IMG/VR virus record: IMGVR_UViG_3300050034_000334 | DNA: 64,000 bases | Reading direction: 5' to 3' (one strand) | From: a virus | Taxonomy: Duplodnaviria; Caudoviricetes | Shown: piece by piece, positions 30,359-40,223 of the stretch | Layout: the number at the start of each line of letters is the position of its first letter | Numbering within the stretch: position 1 is the first letter of the stretch | Translations under genes and position numbers: made by a program | The notes under the pieces: generated by a model | What the model was told of the DNA's origin: nothing | The model's input: the letters and a program-made list of their open reading frames with translations, nothing else | The model's database searches: none

Positions 30359-31492
30359 ATGGCTACTCTTTCGAGAACTCAGCAGCAGACAGCGCAGTTG
30401 GGTCAGTTGCTGAAAACCGCAGGCGGACGTCAGAAGCTCGCAGCTTCTCTCGGACCCTCCCTGAGACGCCGCCGTGACTATATGTCGATTGCCCGCAAGG
30501 CACTCATGGTGGAAACCCTTCCGGATGGCGCACTTCCCATCTACGACAAGGAATTTGACGCGACTGGTAAGTCGTTCGTCGAGGCCTTTGTGGTTGGTGA
30601 AGAAGGCGGCGACATTGTCCGGGTAACCAAGCCCATTCGTGTGACGGTTCCGACGTTCGAAATCGTTGCCAATCCCATGATCCCGATCACCCAGATCAAG
30701 GAACGTCGCTTCGACCTCGTTGCCCGTTCTCTCAATCTGGCCAAGGCAGAAGTGGGCGCGACTGAGGACGGCTATGTGTTTGGCCTGTTCGACGCCGTCG
30801 CAACCGCAGCCACAGCGGCGACCCTCGTTGCCGGCACTGGCTCGACGGACTACGTTTTCAACGAAGACCTCAACATCTTCGTGGCGACGTCCGGCATCAC
30901 CACTCCTCCCGTTGCTTGGGTCAGCGGCGGACCCTTTGCTGTTGGTGCTTACACGACGGGTTCCGATGGAAACCTCTATGTTTGCATCAAGGCAGCAACC
31001 ACACAGAACCCGGTAGTGGGCGGCGGCGGTTATGCAGCTGGCTACTGGCTGTTTGTCGGCACCGACACCTTCGCTGTCAAGGGAATTGACGTGGACTCGA
31101 TGGCTGATGCATTTGGCCAGGTTCAGCGCCATGACCTTTCGGTGGCCTATGTGTTCTTCAACCCGCGCGACTATGTCGACCTGTTGAAGTGGACCGATGC
31201 GAACATCGACCGTGAGACGCAGCGCAAGCTGTTGAAGACGGGCGTGATGGGATACCTCTGGGGCGCCACTCTGCTCCAGTCTCGTAAGATCAACTATGGT
31301 GAAGTGTACGTTCTGGCCGATGCCGAGTTCTTGGGCGTCATCCCCGAGCGTATTCCGCTCACGGTCATGTCAGCCGACCGTCCGGACCTCCGCCAGATCG
31401 GCTTCAGCATCTTCGAGAATTTGGGCTTCCTTGTTTTCAACCCGAGCGGAGTCCAGCGCATCAACGTAGTACGTGGCACCGGCAACGTTTAA
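30359..31492 (+). CDS. major capsid protein (HK97 fold, Bxz1-like) with an inserted CBM5/12-like module
   Basis: LGPSLRRRRDY...ETLPDGALPIYD, VPTFEIVANP and ADAEFLGVIP...IFENLGFLVFNPSG match my recall of Bxz1-type capsid proteins; follows protease, scaffold and decoration genes. Confidence 0.88.
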   Translation: MATLSRTQQQTAQLGQLLKTAGGRQKLAASLGPSLRRRRDYMSIARKALMVETLPDGALPIYDKEFDATGKSFVEAFVVGEEGGDIVRVTKPIRVTVPTFEIVANPMIPITQIKERRFDLVARSLNLAKAEVGATEDGYVFGLFDAVATAATAATLVAGTGSTDYVFNEDLNIFVATSGITTPPVAWVSGGPFAVGAYTTGSDGNLYVCIKAATTQNPVVGGGGYAAGYWLFVGTDTFAVKGIDVDSMADAFGQVQRHDLSVAYVFFNPRDYVDLLKWTDANIDRETQRKLLKTGVMGYLWGATLLQSRKINYGEVYVLADAEFLGVIPERIPLTVMSADRPDLRQIGFSIFENLGFLVFNPSGVQRINVVRGTGNV

Positions 31493-31507
31493 CCATCACC
31501 TAACCAT

Positions 31508-31545
31508 CTAGAGCCTCTCTTAATCGGGAGGCTCTAGCTGTCTTC
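31508..31545 (+). terminator. intrinsic terminator after the major capsid gene
   Basis: 10-bp stem CTAGAGCCTC/GAGGCTCTAG (plus 2 inner pairs), followed by CTGTCTT. Confidence 0.6.
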
Positions 31546-31593
31546 AGAACAATAATTTCCCCTAATTGGCAAAACCTATAGTATCATGAATTC

Positions 31594-32727
31594 ATGAACA
31601 GCGTTATCAAACAAAGCCTCACTTCCATTCCTCACGATCCTGTCTGGGTCGACACCTACCTAGAATTCATTACCAACACTCCTACTCCCACAGAATCCTT
31701 CGACAAGCACCACATCCTGATGGAGAGCATCTTCCCTGACTTCCGCAGTCTCACCAAATTCCCCTGGAACATCAAGCGGCTTTCTTATGCTGATCATCTC
31801 ATCGCTCACTATCTACTTCGCAAGGCCATTCCTTGTGGAGCAACCAACGGAGCATTCCGCCTCATGGTGGGCCTCAGATTCGGCGAGCTACGTGCCAGCG
31901 GTTACGATCTTGAACTTCTTTCCGACATCGCAGCAGAATTTGAACTCATCCGTCGCATGAACGATTTTTCCATCAAGGGTTACATCAGAATCTATCGCGA
32001 AGACGACGTCACTGTCTGCAAACCTAGCCAACTCTCTAACTATGAAGCTGAAGGTTGGAGCTTAGTCTACCCCGAACAACAGTGGATTTACAAAGATGAC
32101 GAAGAACGTCGTGTTCTGAAAACTGATCTTCCTCCTCTCCTCCTCGATGGTTGGGAATGCGGAAGATGCTATCGTGCTACTGATTCCACTAAACAGAAAC
32201 TTTCCGATTGGAGTTTAGCCAAGCATAAACAAAGAACTGCAGAACCTAATGGTTATTCCTTCATACCTAAAGGAGATCAGCACCATCGTAGAGTCCTAGG
32301 CATTTCGGAAGAAACCAAGCAAAAGATCCGTGAAACTCTCATGGGGCGTACTCTAGCACCAGAGCATGCCGATAAGGTTCGTGTTGCTACAATTGGCAAA
32401 TCCTGGACCTGGTCCTTGGAATCCAGAGCAGCCAAGTCCCAATCCATGACAGGAGAGGGCAACAATCGCTTTGGCAAGCCTGGTTACTGGAAAGACAAGA
32501 CCAGACCTCAGTCAACTCGTGACAAAATGTCCGCTTCTCAATCCGCTCGCACTGATAATGCCTTCTGGAAAGGTAAGGTCGGTCCACACAAAGACCATCT
32601 TCAATCTCAGAAATCTCGTGACCAGATAGCTCTCAAACTCACAGGTAGAATAGCTTCTGAAGAAACTCGTCGTAAGATGCGTGAGGCCCACGCTCTAAGA
32701 AAGAAACTATCAAATCCAGTAAAGTGA
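31594..32727 (+). mobile_element. free-standing HNH homing endonuclease with NUMOD3-like repeats
   Basis: DKHHIL...FP...NIKRLSYADHLIAH; ISEETKQKIR, QSTRDKMS and SEETRRKMR repeats. Confidence 0.88.
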
Positions 32728-32759
32728 GCAGTATTACTATCTCGAGGAGCACAAAATCA

Positions 32760-33302
32760 ATGGCTCAGAAATCCTACTTGGCAAAGAGACAGATCTACTT
32801 TTCAATTGGAGCAACTTATGTTCGCCCTGGTGACATCCTAACCTACGAAGAGAGTGTGTCAAGAATGACCATCTTCCGTGGTGGAGTCCTGGTCGGCTCA
32901 GTTCGTCAGACAGCGACCGGAATCAAGAGTCTCCTAGCACAGAAAGTTCCTCTGATCGAAGAGATCAAGCCAACTCCGGTTGCTCCGGTTGTGGTGAAGG
33001 AAGAGCCCAAGGTTGATCCCGCTGTGCCAGAAAGATACATTGGCCACGAGGCAGAGTACTTGGCGGACACACAACGGGCACAGACCATGGACCCAGTGGT
33101 TGTTCCTGTTCCTGTAGAGAAGCCGATTGTCCTGGCTGATCTGACCAAGGCCAAGATTGCGGCTCATGCCAAGACCTTTGGTCTGGAAATTGATCCGGAG
33201 GCTTACACTAAGATTGATCTGATTGCTCGTGTGGAAAAGCACAAGGAGTCACTCAACAATCTGCCGACTATCGCCGATGATACGAGCCAAACCGACTCTT
33301 GA
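32760..33302 (+). CDS. hypothetical virion protein with a C-terminal HeH/Rho-N-like domain
   Basis: ATG 32760 after GAGGAG; C-terminal LADLTKAKIAAHAKTFGLEI...TKIDLIARV. Confidence 0.55.
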   Translation: MAQKSYLAKRQIYFSIGATYVRPGDILTYEESVSRMTIFRGGVLVGSVRQTATGIKSLLAQKVPLIEEIKPTPVAPVVVKEEPKVDPAVPERYIGHEAEYLADTQRAQTMDPVVVPVPVEKPIVLADLTKAKIAAHAKTFGLEIDPEAYTKIDLIARVEKHKESLNNLPTIADDTSQTDS

Positions 33303-33328
33303 GTTCTTAAGAGAGGGCATTGTGCTCG

Positions 33329-36187
33329 ATGGCAACTGTTGACACCAACCTTGATTCCGCCATATTCACTGGCAACTCTCAGTTTGTTTTCAGTGGATCC
33401 AATCTGTATGTGGTAGGAAACACCACAACGACTGGAAGTCTGGATGTATTCCTTTCAACAGATTACGGATACACCTTTACAAACGTCGGTTCTGTGACCG
33501 TTGCTGGAGATACAACCAAGGGATTTGATCCTGCTGTGTGCCTTGACTCCGGCGGGATTCTTCGCATCGTTGGAACTATCTATGGCTCAGGTGGTTCCAC
33601 CTCCCTAGGGATCTACTTCTTCAACATCAGCACACACACGTTTGCCAGCAACTCTCCATTCATAATTGTAGCGGGATCTCAGATTGGCCGCGACTACGAT
33701 GTCGCGATGCTGCCTGACTTGACGGTGATGGTCGTGTCCTCCTTGCTGAATCAGGGAGGTTTCTACGGAGAGACTGTGATGGCCTATTTCCTAAGTGCCA
33801 GCACTTCTTCTCCTGCAGTTTTGAGTTCGCATGAACTCACTTCAAGTCCATTCAGATCTGGAAACACTTTCGGAACTGTCTCGACTTTGGCAAATGCAAC
33901 TGGAGTGGAAGTCTATCTAGGATCTCACAACAAGGTTTTCACCTTCACTCCGTTCCCAGCATCCATCACTCTTTACAAATACACCCAGAGCACCACAACC
34001 TGGGCAACCAGCACCTTGACTACCATAATGTGTCAGTACATCGATGATAGAATGACCATCATTGGCGATGGCACAAAGCGGTATCTGAGTCAGTGTTTCT
34101 TCACTCAGACCAGGTACAGTCTTGTTGGAAATGCCCTGCTGGGATACAGCGCGGATTCAGGAGCCACTTGGTCATGGGAATCCTATCTTGGAACAGGACT
34201 GCAATCAATCACTGATCCTGTGATCAGTGTCGCGCCTGAAGGATTGCGTTTTTCTTATGTGGAGAAGAACTTCACTTCCACCAACACTGGCAATGTGATG
34301 AACGGAACGCTCCGTGTCAAGCTCCTGGGTGTCGCTCCTTGGTCCATCACGATTGATCCGACTTTCTACAATGTCATCACCACTTCACGTCTGAGAGGAA
34401 CCAAGGACAAACTTCTTGCAGGAATGCTCTATGCCCTGATGGGAGAAACCACCTCTGGAGATGGTCAATTCTACACAGGATACAGCGTTCCACCAGTAGC
34501 TGCCATCGCTACTTCTACGATTTCTCTTCCAAGAGGAAGCACTCTAGTTTTGGACGCATCTGCAAGCTACGATCTAAACGGAAGCCCTCTACGTTTCACC
34601 TGGTCCACCGACAACGCGGTTGTACATGTAACCCCGATTCCTGACATTACTGGAGCAGCGAATACAGCCGCCATCTTCACTCCAACGAATACAGCTGCTC
34701 CTCTTCAAACAGCCCATGTGAGCGTGGTTGTAGAAGATCTCGATTTGAATGGCAATCCTATCCATCCCTGGGATCCAGTTCATCACACACCTGCAAGTGA
34801 ATTGGCAACATGTACGGTCACGATTCCTCTTCTTCTGGCCCCGGTTATCGGATATCTGTCACCGTTCAATGTCTCTAGAGGAACAATTGTAAGGATCGCT
34901 CCAACAATCACTGACGATGCTGTTGGAGTGACTCTCAGCTATGCTTGGACTCAGGTGTCTGGCACCACGATTGCTCTGAGTGACACAGATTTTCCATTCC
35001 TGAATGTTCTAACTCAGGCGGCTCTGCTAACAGGTGAAAGCCTGGTGTTCTCTCTATCTGTAAGTGATGGAATCAATCTTCCAGTTTTCAGAAATTTCAC
35101 CATCAATGTCGCTGCTCATGCTTTTGCTGAGCCGGATACTTTCATCAGTAGAGGAGTCTGGAGCGGCAACATCGCCCAGCGTAACACAGCTGGTTCCTAC
35201 CTCTCTGATGAGAGTTGCCTTGCATCTTCTCTGAACAATTACAAGAAGTACACCATGATTGATGGCACTGAAAGAACTCTGGTTGTCACGCCAACAGACA
35301 TCATGGTGTTTAACTACAGCGGTGCCACTGATACCACTCCACAGCAGGTGATTCTTCGCAGATTCTTTCCTCCTGGATTTCTGACAGTAGTTGACGGTGT
35401 TCAAACTGAAGACGACTACACGATCATGTTGGCAAGTGACGGGAATCTCTACAAGTACACCACAGCCCCGGCCATCAACACTGACAACTATGATTCCATA
35501 ATCTACTTGCCTTCTTTGACCTCCATGACCTTTAACAAGTTGCTGTGCACCTACAATTTCAACAACACTCGAGTTCTGGCACTCAGTGGACCTCAAGGAT
35601 GCTACCTGCTCCAGATCGACAATGCCTACTTTACCACGACCATTGGCATGGCAATTTCTCCTTCATCCAAGCTCCTGTTTGGAGGATCGAATGTAGTCTG
35701 GATTCGCACCAACAACGTAGAGTCAACCATTCAGGGGAAGGTTCTGCTTGGAACTGTCCAAAATGGCAACACCTACGAAACTCTGATCGATTTGAGCAAG
35801 AGAATTATCCTTGGAACATGGGAATCGGCCAATTTGAGCAACGCGATCGTAGACTCAGGGGAAATTCTTTTCAATGCAGAGTCGAGCTACATGGGATTCC
35901 CATCTCCTCCAGTTCTGGTTTCTGCGTTGGTTGGAACCATTTCGCATTTTATCGCTCCTGTGTGGATCACCTGGACACAGAATCGCCCAGACCTGATTTC
36001 ACTGTACAACCTCTTTACCTCGAATGATGGAGGAACTTCTTGGAGTGAAGCTCTCACAGTGACCAACGGCAACCAGTTGTCTGCTATTCTCCCAATGACT
36101 CAGGGTTACACCTACCAGCTTCGAATGCGAGCAATTAACACTGATGGAGTGAGTGGATGGTCAAATGTACTGTCCGTGTCCATCTAG
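33329..36187 (+). CDS. large virion surface protein: Asp-box beta-propeller, PKD/Ig-like domains, FN3
   Basis: Asp-boxes STDYGYTF, SADSGATW, SNDGGTSW; LDASASYD...FTWS and YAWTQVSG (PKD-like); YQLRMRAINTDG.SGWSN (FN3). Confidence 0.65.
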   Translation: MATVDTNLDSAIFTGNSQFVFSGSNLYVVGNTTTTGSLDVFLSTDYGYTFTNVGSVTVAGDTTKGFDPAVCLDSGGILRIVGTIYGSGGSTSLGIYFFNISTHTFASNSPFIIVAGSQIGRDYDVAMLPDLTVMVVSSLLNQGGFYGETVMAYFLSASTSSPAVLSSHELTSSPFRSGNTFGTVSTLANATGVEVYLGSHNKVFTFTPFPASITLYKYTQSTTTWATSTLTTIMCQYIDDRMTIIGDGTKRYLSQCFFTQTRYSLVGNALLGYSADSGATWSWESYLGTGLQSITDPVISVAPEGLRFSYVEKNFTSTNTGNVMNGTLRVKLLGVAPWSITIDPTFYNVITTSRLRGTKDKLLAGMLYALMGETTSGDGQFYTGYSVPPVAAIATSTISLPRGSTLVLDASASYDLNGSPLRFTWSTDNAVVHVTPIPDITGAANTAAIFTPTNTAAPLQTAHVSVVVEDLDLNGNPIHPWDPVHHTPASELATCTVTIPLLLAPVIGYLSPFNVSRGTIVRIAPTITDDAVGVTLSYAWTQVSGTTIALSDTDFPFLNVLTQAALLTGESLVFSLSVSDGINLPVFRNFTINVAAHAFAEPDTFISRGVWSGNIAQRNTAGSYLSDESCLASSLNNYKKYTMIDGTERTLVVTPTDIMVFNYSGATDTTPQQVILRRFFPPGFLTVVDGVQTEDDYTIMLASDGNLYKYTTAPAINTDNYDSIIYLPSLTSMTFNKLLCTYNFNNTRVLALSGPQGCYLLQIDNAYFTTTIGMAISPSSKLLFGGSNVVWIRTNNVESTIQGKVLLGTVQNGNTYETLIDLSKRIILGTWESANLSNAIVDSGEILFNAESSYMGFPSPPVLVSALVGTISHFIAPVWITWTQNRPDLISLYNLFTSNDGGTSWSEALTVTNGNQLSAILPMTQGYTYQLRMRAINTDGVSGWSNVLSVSI

Positions 36188-36201
36188 AGTATTAGAGGCC
36201 C

Positions 36202-37200
36202 ATGGGATTGCTAAACAAGAGCGAGCTTCTCAAAACCCTGCGCGCAATTATGGGTTTCGATGTGAATGCTTCGCCCTTCGCGGCCTTGGAACTGAAATCC
36301 GATGAACCCTGTTTCTATCGCAGTAGCCACACCGGCTTCATTCAATCCAAGAACTACGGATCTGGAAATCACACCCACATACTTCTTTCTCACCTGAGAG
36401 ACTCTCTGCAGGTTCTCAAGGATGAAGCTGTTGAGCTTTCCTTGGACGGATCTGGGGTGTTGAAACTCTCGAGCACAGACAACGTCTACGAATCCGAGAT
36501 TCGAGTTCACACAGTTCGTCCTGAACAGGCTGGACTGAAGACTCACAACATTGGCGACATCGTTCATCGGCTTCCTGCTCACGTATTCCAGGACTTTGAT
36601 GCCAGACCGTTCATCTGTGCTGCCCAGCCAACTCTGATTGACGGAAGAATCATGATGCCTACTCAGTCAGGAATTGTCGTATGGCAGGGTCCACAAGATC
36701 TCATTCCTCTCTCGCTGTATCCAAGAGAGACCATGCTCAAGTTCATTTCGAGCTCTCAGAATTTGGAGAAGGTTGTGGTCTCTTCCAAAGGATACTGGGG
36801 TGCGGTGGCTGGAGGTCTGATCTCGTTTATTTCTGGACACACTACCGGAGACACCCTCTACAAGAGTTACAACGTCTCTGGAAAGCCTTTGGACACGTTG
36901 CCGGCTGAACGTCTAATTGTGTCACTCGAAGCGGCGGCTGGTATGTGTGGAGACAACAAGATCGAGATCGACCCGTTGCTGGGTGTTGTAACCCGAGACA
37001 CCACTGGGAACCAAAGCAGATTTGCCTTCGGTAGCCATCAGGGTTGGAGCAAGTTCGCGATCACTGGAAGAACGGCCAAGGTCATTGCTGACGCCTTGCG
37101 TCAGTCATCGGACACAGACACTGCTCTGGTCTATGTTCCCACCAATCAGTCTATGCGACTGGTTCGAGGTAATTGGCAAGTGAACTTCCGAACCTTCTGA
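36202..37200 (+). CDS. DNA polymerase III beta-clamp-like processivity factor
   Basis: 332 aa; N-terminus LNKSELLKTLRAI..SPF and LRDSLQVLKDEAVELSLD..LKLSS loosely follow DnaN; a DnaX gene is present in the window. Confidence 0.5.
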   Translation: MGLLNKSELLKTLRAIMGFDVNASPFAALELKSDEPCFYRSSHTGFIQSKNYGSGNHTHILLSHLRDSLQVLKDEAVELSLDGSGVLKLSSTDNVYESEIRVHTVRPEQAGLKTHNIGDIVHRLPAHVFQDFDARPFICAAQPTLIDGRIMMPTQSGIVVWQGPQDLIPLSLYPRETMLKFISSSQNLEKVVVSSKGYWGAVAGGLISFISGHTTGDTLYKSYNVSGKPLDTLPAERLIVSLEAAAGMCGDNKIEIDPLLGVVTRDTTGNQSRFAFGSHQGWSKFAITGRTAKVIADALRQSSDTDTALVYVPTNQSMRLVRGNWQVNFRTF

Positions 37201-37220
37201 ATGACAGTATTATCAATAAC

Positions 37221-37955
37221 ATGGACACTGTCTTGCTTACTCGTCTGGCCACTATAAGAGGTCGGCACAGTCATCTTGGAACTCAGATTCTCTTCGAGGA
37301 CAGGAACATTGCTCGACTCCATGGGAAGATTGAGCAACTTGAGAAGGACAAGATCGAACTGGTCAAGGTTCAGACTCTCATTGACCGAGCCATAACGACA
37401 ATCAGCGCAAATGGGATCGGGAAGATCGAGCAGGTTGTGACTGCTGGACTTCATCAAGTCTTCGGAAACAGAGGGAATCTGCGTTTCGTAGTTGAGAAGA
37501 AAGAGGGCAAACGCGGCAACATCTACAAGCTCAAGGTACAGAAGACTCGCAAAGATGGTCTCGTGATCCAAGGAGATGTCCTCAAGTCCTTCGGCGGCGG
37601 CCTGGCAAACGTCATCAGCTTTCTTCTCCGAGTCATGATGATCAAGAAGTTCCGCTTAACCCCATTTATAGTTCTGGATGAAAGTTTCTCAAACGTCAGT
37701 GCAAACTACTTGCCACAGGTGAGTGCTATGCTAAAATCTCTCACGTCAAAACATGGATTTACAGTACTGCTTGTTACTCATCAGGCAAGAGTAGCTGAAG
37801 AGGCAGATGCTATTTACCAAGCAGTTCCCAGTGATGACGAGAATGGTTCACCTCAACTTGTGAAGACAGAATTTTCGGAGGATCTTTTTGCTAATTTACC
37901 TTCTTCAGAATCTAGCCAACAAGAAATGTTACGTGGGTCAATGGAGGGGGAATAA
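37221..37955 (+). CDS. C-terminal half of an SbcC/Rad50 (gp46-like) ABC ATPase
   Basis: Coiled coil, then signature SFGGG, Walker B IVLDE, D-loop and H-loop LVTH; no Walker A. Start ATG 37221. Confidence 0.8.
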   Translation: MDTVLLTRLATIRGRHSHLGTQILFEDRNIARLHGKIEQLEKDKIELVKVQTLIDRAITTISANGIGKIEQVVTAGLHQVFGNRGNLRFVVEKKEGKRGNIYKLKVQKTRKDGLVIQGDVLKSFGGGLANVISFLLRVMMIKKFRLTPFIVLDESFSNVSANYLPQVSAMLKSLTSKHGFTVLLVTHQARVAEEADAIYQAVPSDDENGSPQLVKTEFSEDLFANLPSSESSQQEMLRGSMEGE

Positions 37956-38514
37956 TCTTCGTCACAGATGGAGTATGCATCTGCGAGATGCCTTCAAGTA
38001 CAAAATAGATACACGGTTGGCTCGTGCAATCAGAAAATACGGTGAAGAATCCTTCACTCTCGAGATTCTCTCTTCTGCTTCATCTCCAGAAGAACTCAAT
38101 AAGTTAGAAACCTTGTGGATTGTGGTTCTGAATAGCATCAATCCAGAATTTGGGTATAACATGACTTTTGGAGGAGATTCGAGAACTCCTGATGAAGAAA
38201 CTCGAAGGAAAATTGGTGATAGCAATCGAGGACAAAAACGAGGTCCGGAAGCTCTGGCTAATCTATCCAGATGCAAGCAAGGTTCAAAACACCCTATGTT
38301 TGGAAAACATCATTCCCTGATTACTAGGAATCAGATGGCAAAATCTCACTCTGGAGTGCCTAAAGGAACTCCCAGTGAAGAGACAAAAGCAAGTATCAGT
38401 AGATCGTGCCAGGGAAGAATTCCTTGGAATAAGGGGAAGAGCGATGCTCGATACAACGCTACTCCGAAGGCTGAAGCCGAAGCCATTGGAAGAGATAATT
38501 TCGAGGCTGAATGA
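37888..38514 (+). mobile_element. free-standing GIY-YIG homing endonuclease (track strand is wrong)
   Basis: TTG CTA ATT TAC CTT reads on the + strand from 37888 (LIYLLQNLANKKCYVGQWRG...GYNMT); NUMOD3-like PDEETRRKIG, HSLITRNQM, PSEETKASIS. Confidence 0.9.
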
Positions 38515-38818
38515 GTTAGTTCATCGCCATTGCAGGAAATACCTCAAGAGAAATCTCAAACCTTGCCCTTACAACTGCAAATTGGCCAAGTGGAACGGAC
38601 CCCGGCTTATTTGCTGTGAGGGTCGTAACAGCCTAGACCCAGAGAAATGCTTCAGACCAGAGAAGTTCGTGCCGATATTCACCAAGGCCGAACTGTATGA
38701 GCAATTCAAGAGTGATCTTCGAGATCCGGAGACCTTGGTTCGCGAATACCGAGATCTGGCGATTCTTTTTTGGTGCGTGGGCGCTGACGGAGACATCATA
38801 GAGGAAACGAAGAAATGA
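38444..38818 (+). CDS. Cys-containing hypothetical protein
   Basis: Probable start ATG 38444, overlapping the endonuclease 3' end; CPYNC...CC...C motif. Confidence 0.55.
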   Translation: MLDTTLLRRLKPKPLEEIISRLNELVHRHCRKYLKRNLKPCPYNCKLAKWNGPRLICCEGRNSLDPEKCFRPEKFVPIFTKAELYEQFKSDLRDPETLVREYRDLAILFWCVGADGDIIEETKK

Positions 38819-38833
38819 CAGAACCTGCTCAGT

Positions 38834-39007
38834 TTACCGATATCGACGGATTGGAGCACCGGCGTTCTTCAGCGGCCCATCATCACCTTTAGGCGGCACA
38901 GGCCAATATTTAGGACAAGCAGAGTTATCTCTACATGGATAACCCCACAATGGACATCCTTTACAGTGCTCTGGACAGAGTTTAGTGAGGTAGATGGAAA
39001 TATCCAA
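38834..39007 (-). CDS. small Cys-rich protein (57 aa, not in track)
   Basis: TTG start with GGAG upstream; MDISIYLTKLCPEHCKGCPLWGYPCRDNSACPKYW...RRYR*. Confidence 0.4.
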   Translation of the reverse strand: MDISIYLTKLCPEHCKGCPLWGYPCRDNSACPKYWPVPPKGDDGPLKNAGAPIRRYR

Positions 39008-39251
39008 GGATCAAAGCTCCAACCACGGTTCCCACCACTCCAATAACCATCACCAGAGTAGCTCCGGAAATCCAGATTAGAGCCGTGACTGGTGTTTCTA
39101 GTTTGGTGACCCTAGACACAAGAGATTCTCCATTTCCTTCGTACACAACCCGACGTAGAGTTTTCACATCCTCAGCGATATCTTGCACAAACTGGCAAGG
39201 TACCATGCACTTCTCAGCTATGTTAATGTTCCCGATGCCAAGTTCACTCAT
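38982..39251 (-). CDS. small membrane protein, holin/XhlA-like
   Basis: Coiled-coil-like N-terminus and one long hydrophobic C-terminal segment (ALIWISGATLVMVIGVVGTVVGALILGYF). Confidence 0.5.
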   Translation of the reverse strand: MSELGIGNINIAEKCMVPCQFVQDIAEDVKTLRRVVYEGNGESLVSRVTKLETPVTALIWISGATLVMVIGVVGTVVGALILGYFHLPH

Positions 39252-39394
39252 TGTGTACGATTCTCTCTGATTGAGCCGTTGAACTGAATATCTGGCCCTA
39301 TCTATAGTCTATAGAGGAGGGCAAAGTTGAAGAATACCCGATTATTAAATTCATAGAGTAGAGAGTCCAAGACTACTGATCCCGAGGCAAAGAC

Positions 39395-39781
39395 GTGAAA
39401 GCAACAAGGGATGATTACCGCGCATTTTTCGATTATCTTGATTGTCCAGAATCTAAGACAACGGAGACAGGCTGCTCTCATGAAGATGCAGTAGTCCTAT
39501 CTCAGTTTTCTGATTTCTCTGTGCCTTCTAGGATCTCAACTATTCGTAGACGAAGCATTAGTCCACAGGCTGGAAAGGCACTATCTATCCTTGGTCATGC
39601 CATCGAGTACTTATCAGACGAATTCATACATGACTACGATGGAGTCACACAAGTAGGTATGAGTGCACAGATCAGAGCAATTCAGATACTGATGGCCGCT
39701 AACCGTCAGGTCTATTTTGAATGCCCAGAAATGCCAACAGTGATGGAAAGGATACGGAGAGTACTTCATGGGATCAGGTAA
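39395..39781 (+). CDS. hypothetical protein resembling an Acidobacteriota conserved family
   Basis: RRRSISPQAGKALSILGHAIEYLSDEF...AIQILMAANRQVYFECP; the taxon link is from recall, not a search. Confidence 0.6.
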   Translation: MKATRDDYRAFFDYLDCPESKTTETGCSHEDAVVLSQFSDFSVPSRISTIRRRSISPQAGKALSILGHAIEYLSDEFIHDYDGVTQVGMSAQIRAIQILMAANRQVYFECPEMPTVMERIRRVLHGIR

Positions 39782-39782
39782 G

Positions 39783-40037
39783 ATGATTCAACCCACGAAA
39801 GAAGTATACAAACTCGCTTTGGAACTTGCTTGCAAGGATACATGCAAGAATTTTCAGTACAGTCGTGATCCTGGTTACTTCATCCAATGTGCCGAACGGA
39901 TCATCACTGAGAAAAACCTCACTGTGATCGTAGTTCTACACTCGCAAAGCAGTAGGGAACACTTGCCGACAACCCTTTCTACAGCGGATCAGCAGTCCAA
40001 ACTCCAGCTGAAGTACACGCATAAAGTGTCGTTGTAA
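39783..40037 (+). CDS. hypothetical protein
   Basis: ATG 1 nt after the previous stop; 84 aa. Confidence 0.4.
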   Translation: MIQPTKEVYKLALELACKDTCKNFQYSRDPGYFIQCAERIITEKNLTVIVVLHSQSSREHLPTTLSTADQQSKLQLKYTHKVSL

Positions 40038-40223
40038 GAGTTTATGCGTGATGGAGACGATCCTATTATCAAAGAGCATCGGATGGATTGTCCACGATGC
40101 CGAGCCTAGAGTGTACTTGCTTTCGCAATCAATCACGACCAGACAGTCACTTTCTACCGATGATAAACATAGACTAGAGTACGAGTTGTTGACTTTTTCA
40201 TTACCTCATATAGAGGTAATGAA

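Noticed and set aside
37888-38514. ORF track label of minus strand
   Set aside because: The listed protein reads directly on the + strand from TTG 37888; the reverse complement at 38514 gives no start.
38816-39046. TGA read-through extending the 38444 protein by 75 codons
   Set aside because: The open stretch is the antisense of the small Cys-rich ORF and holin-like gene; no other sign of stop recoding in the window.
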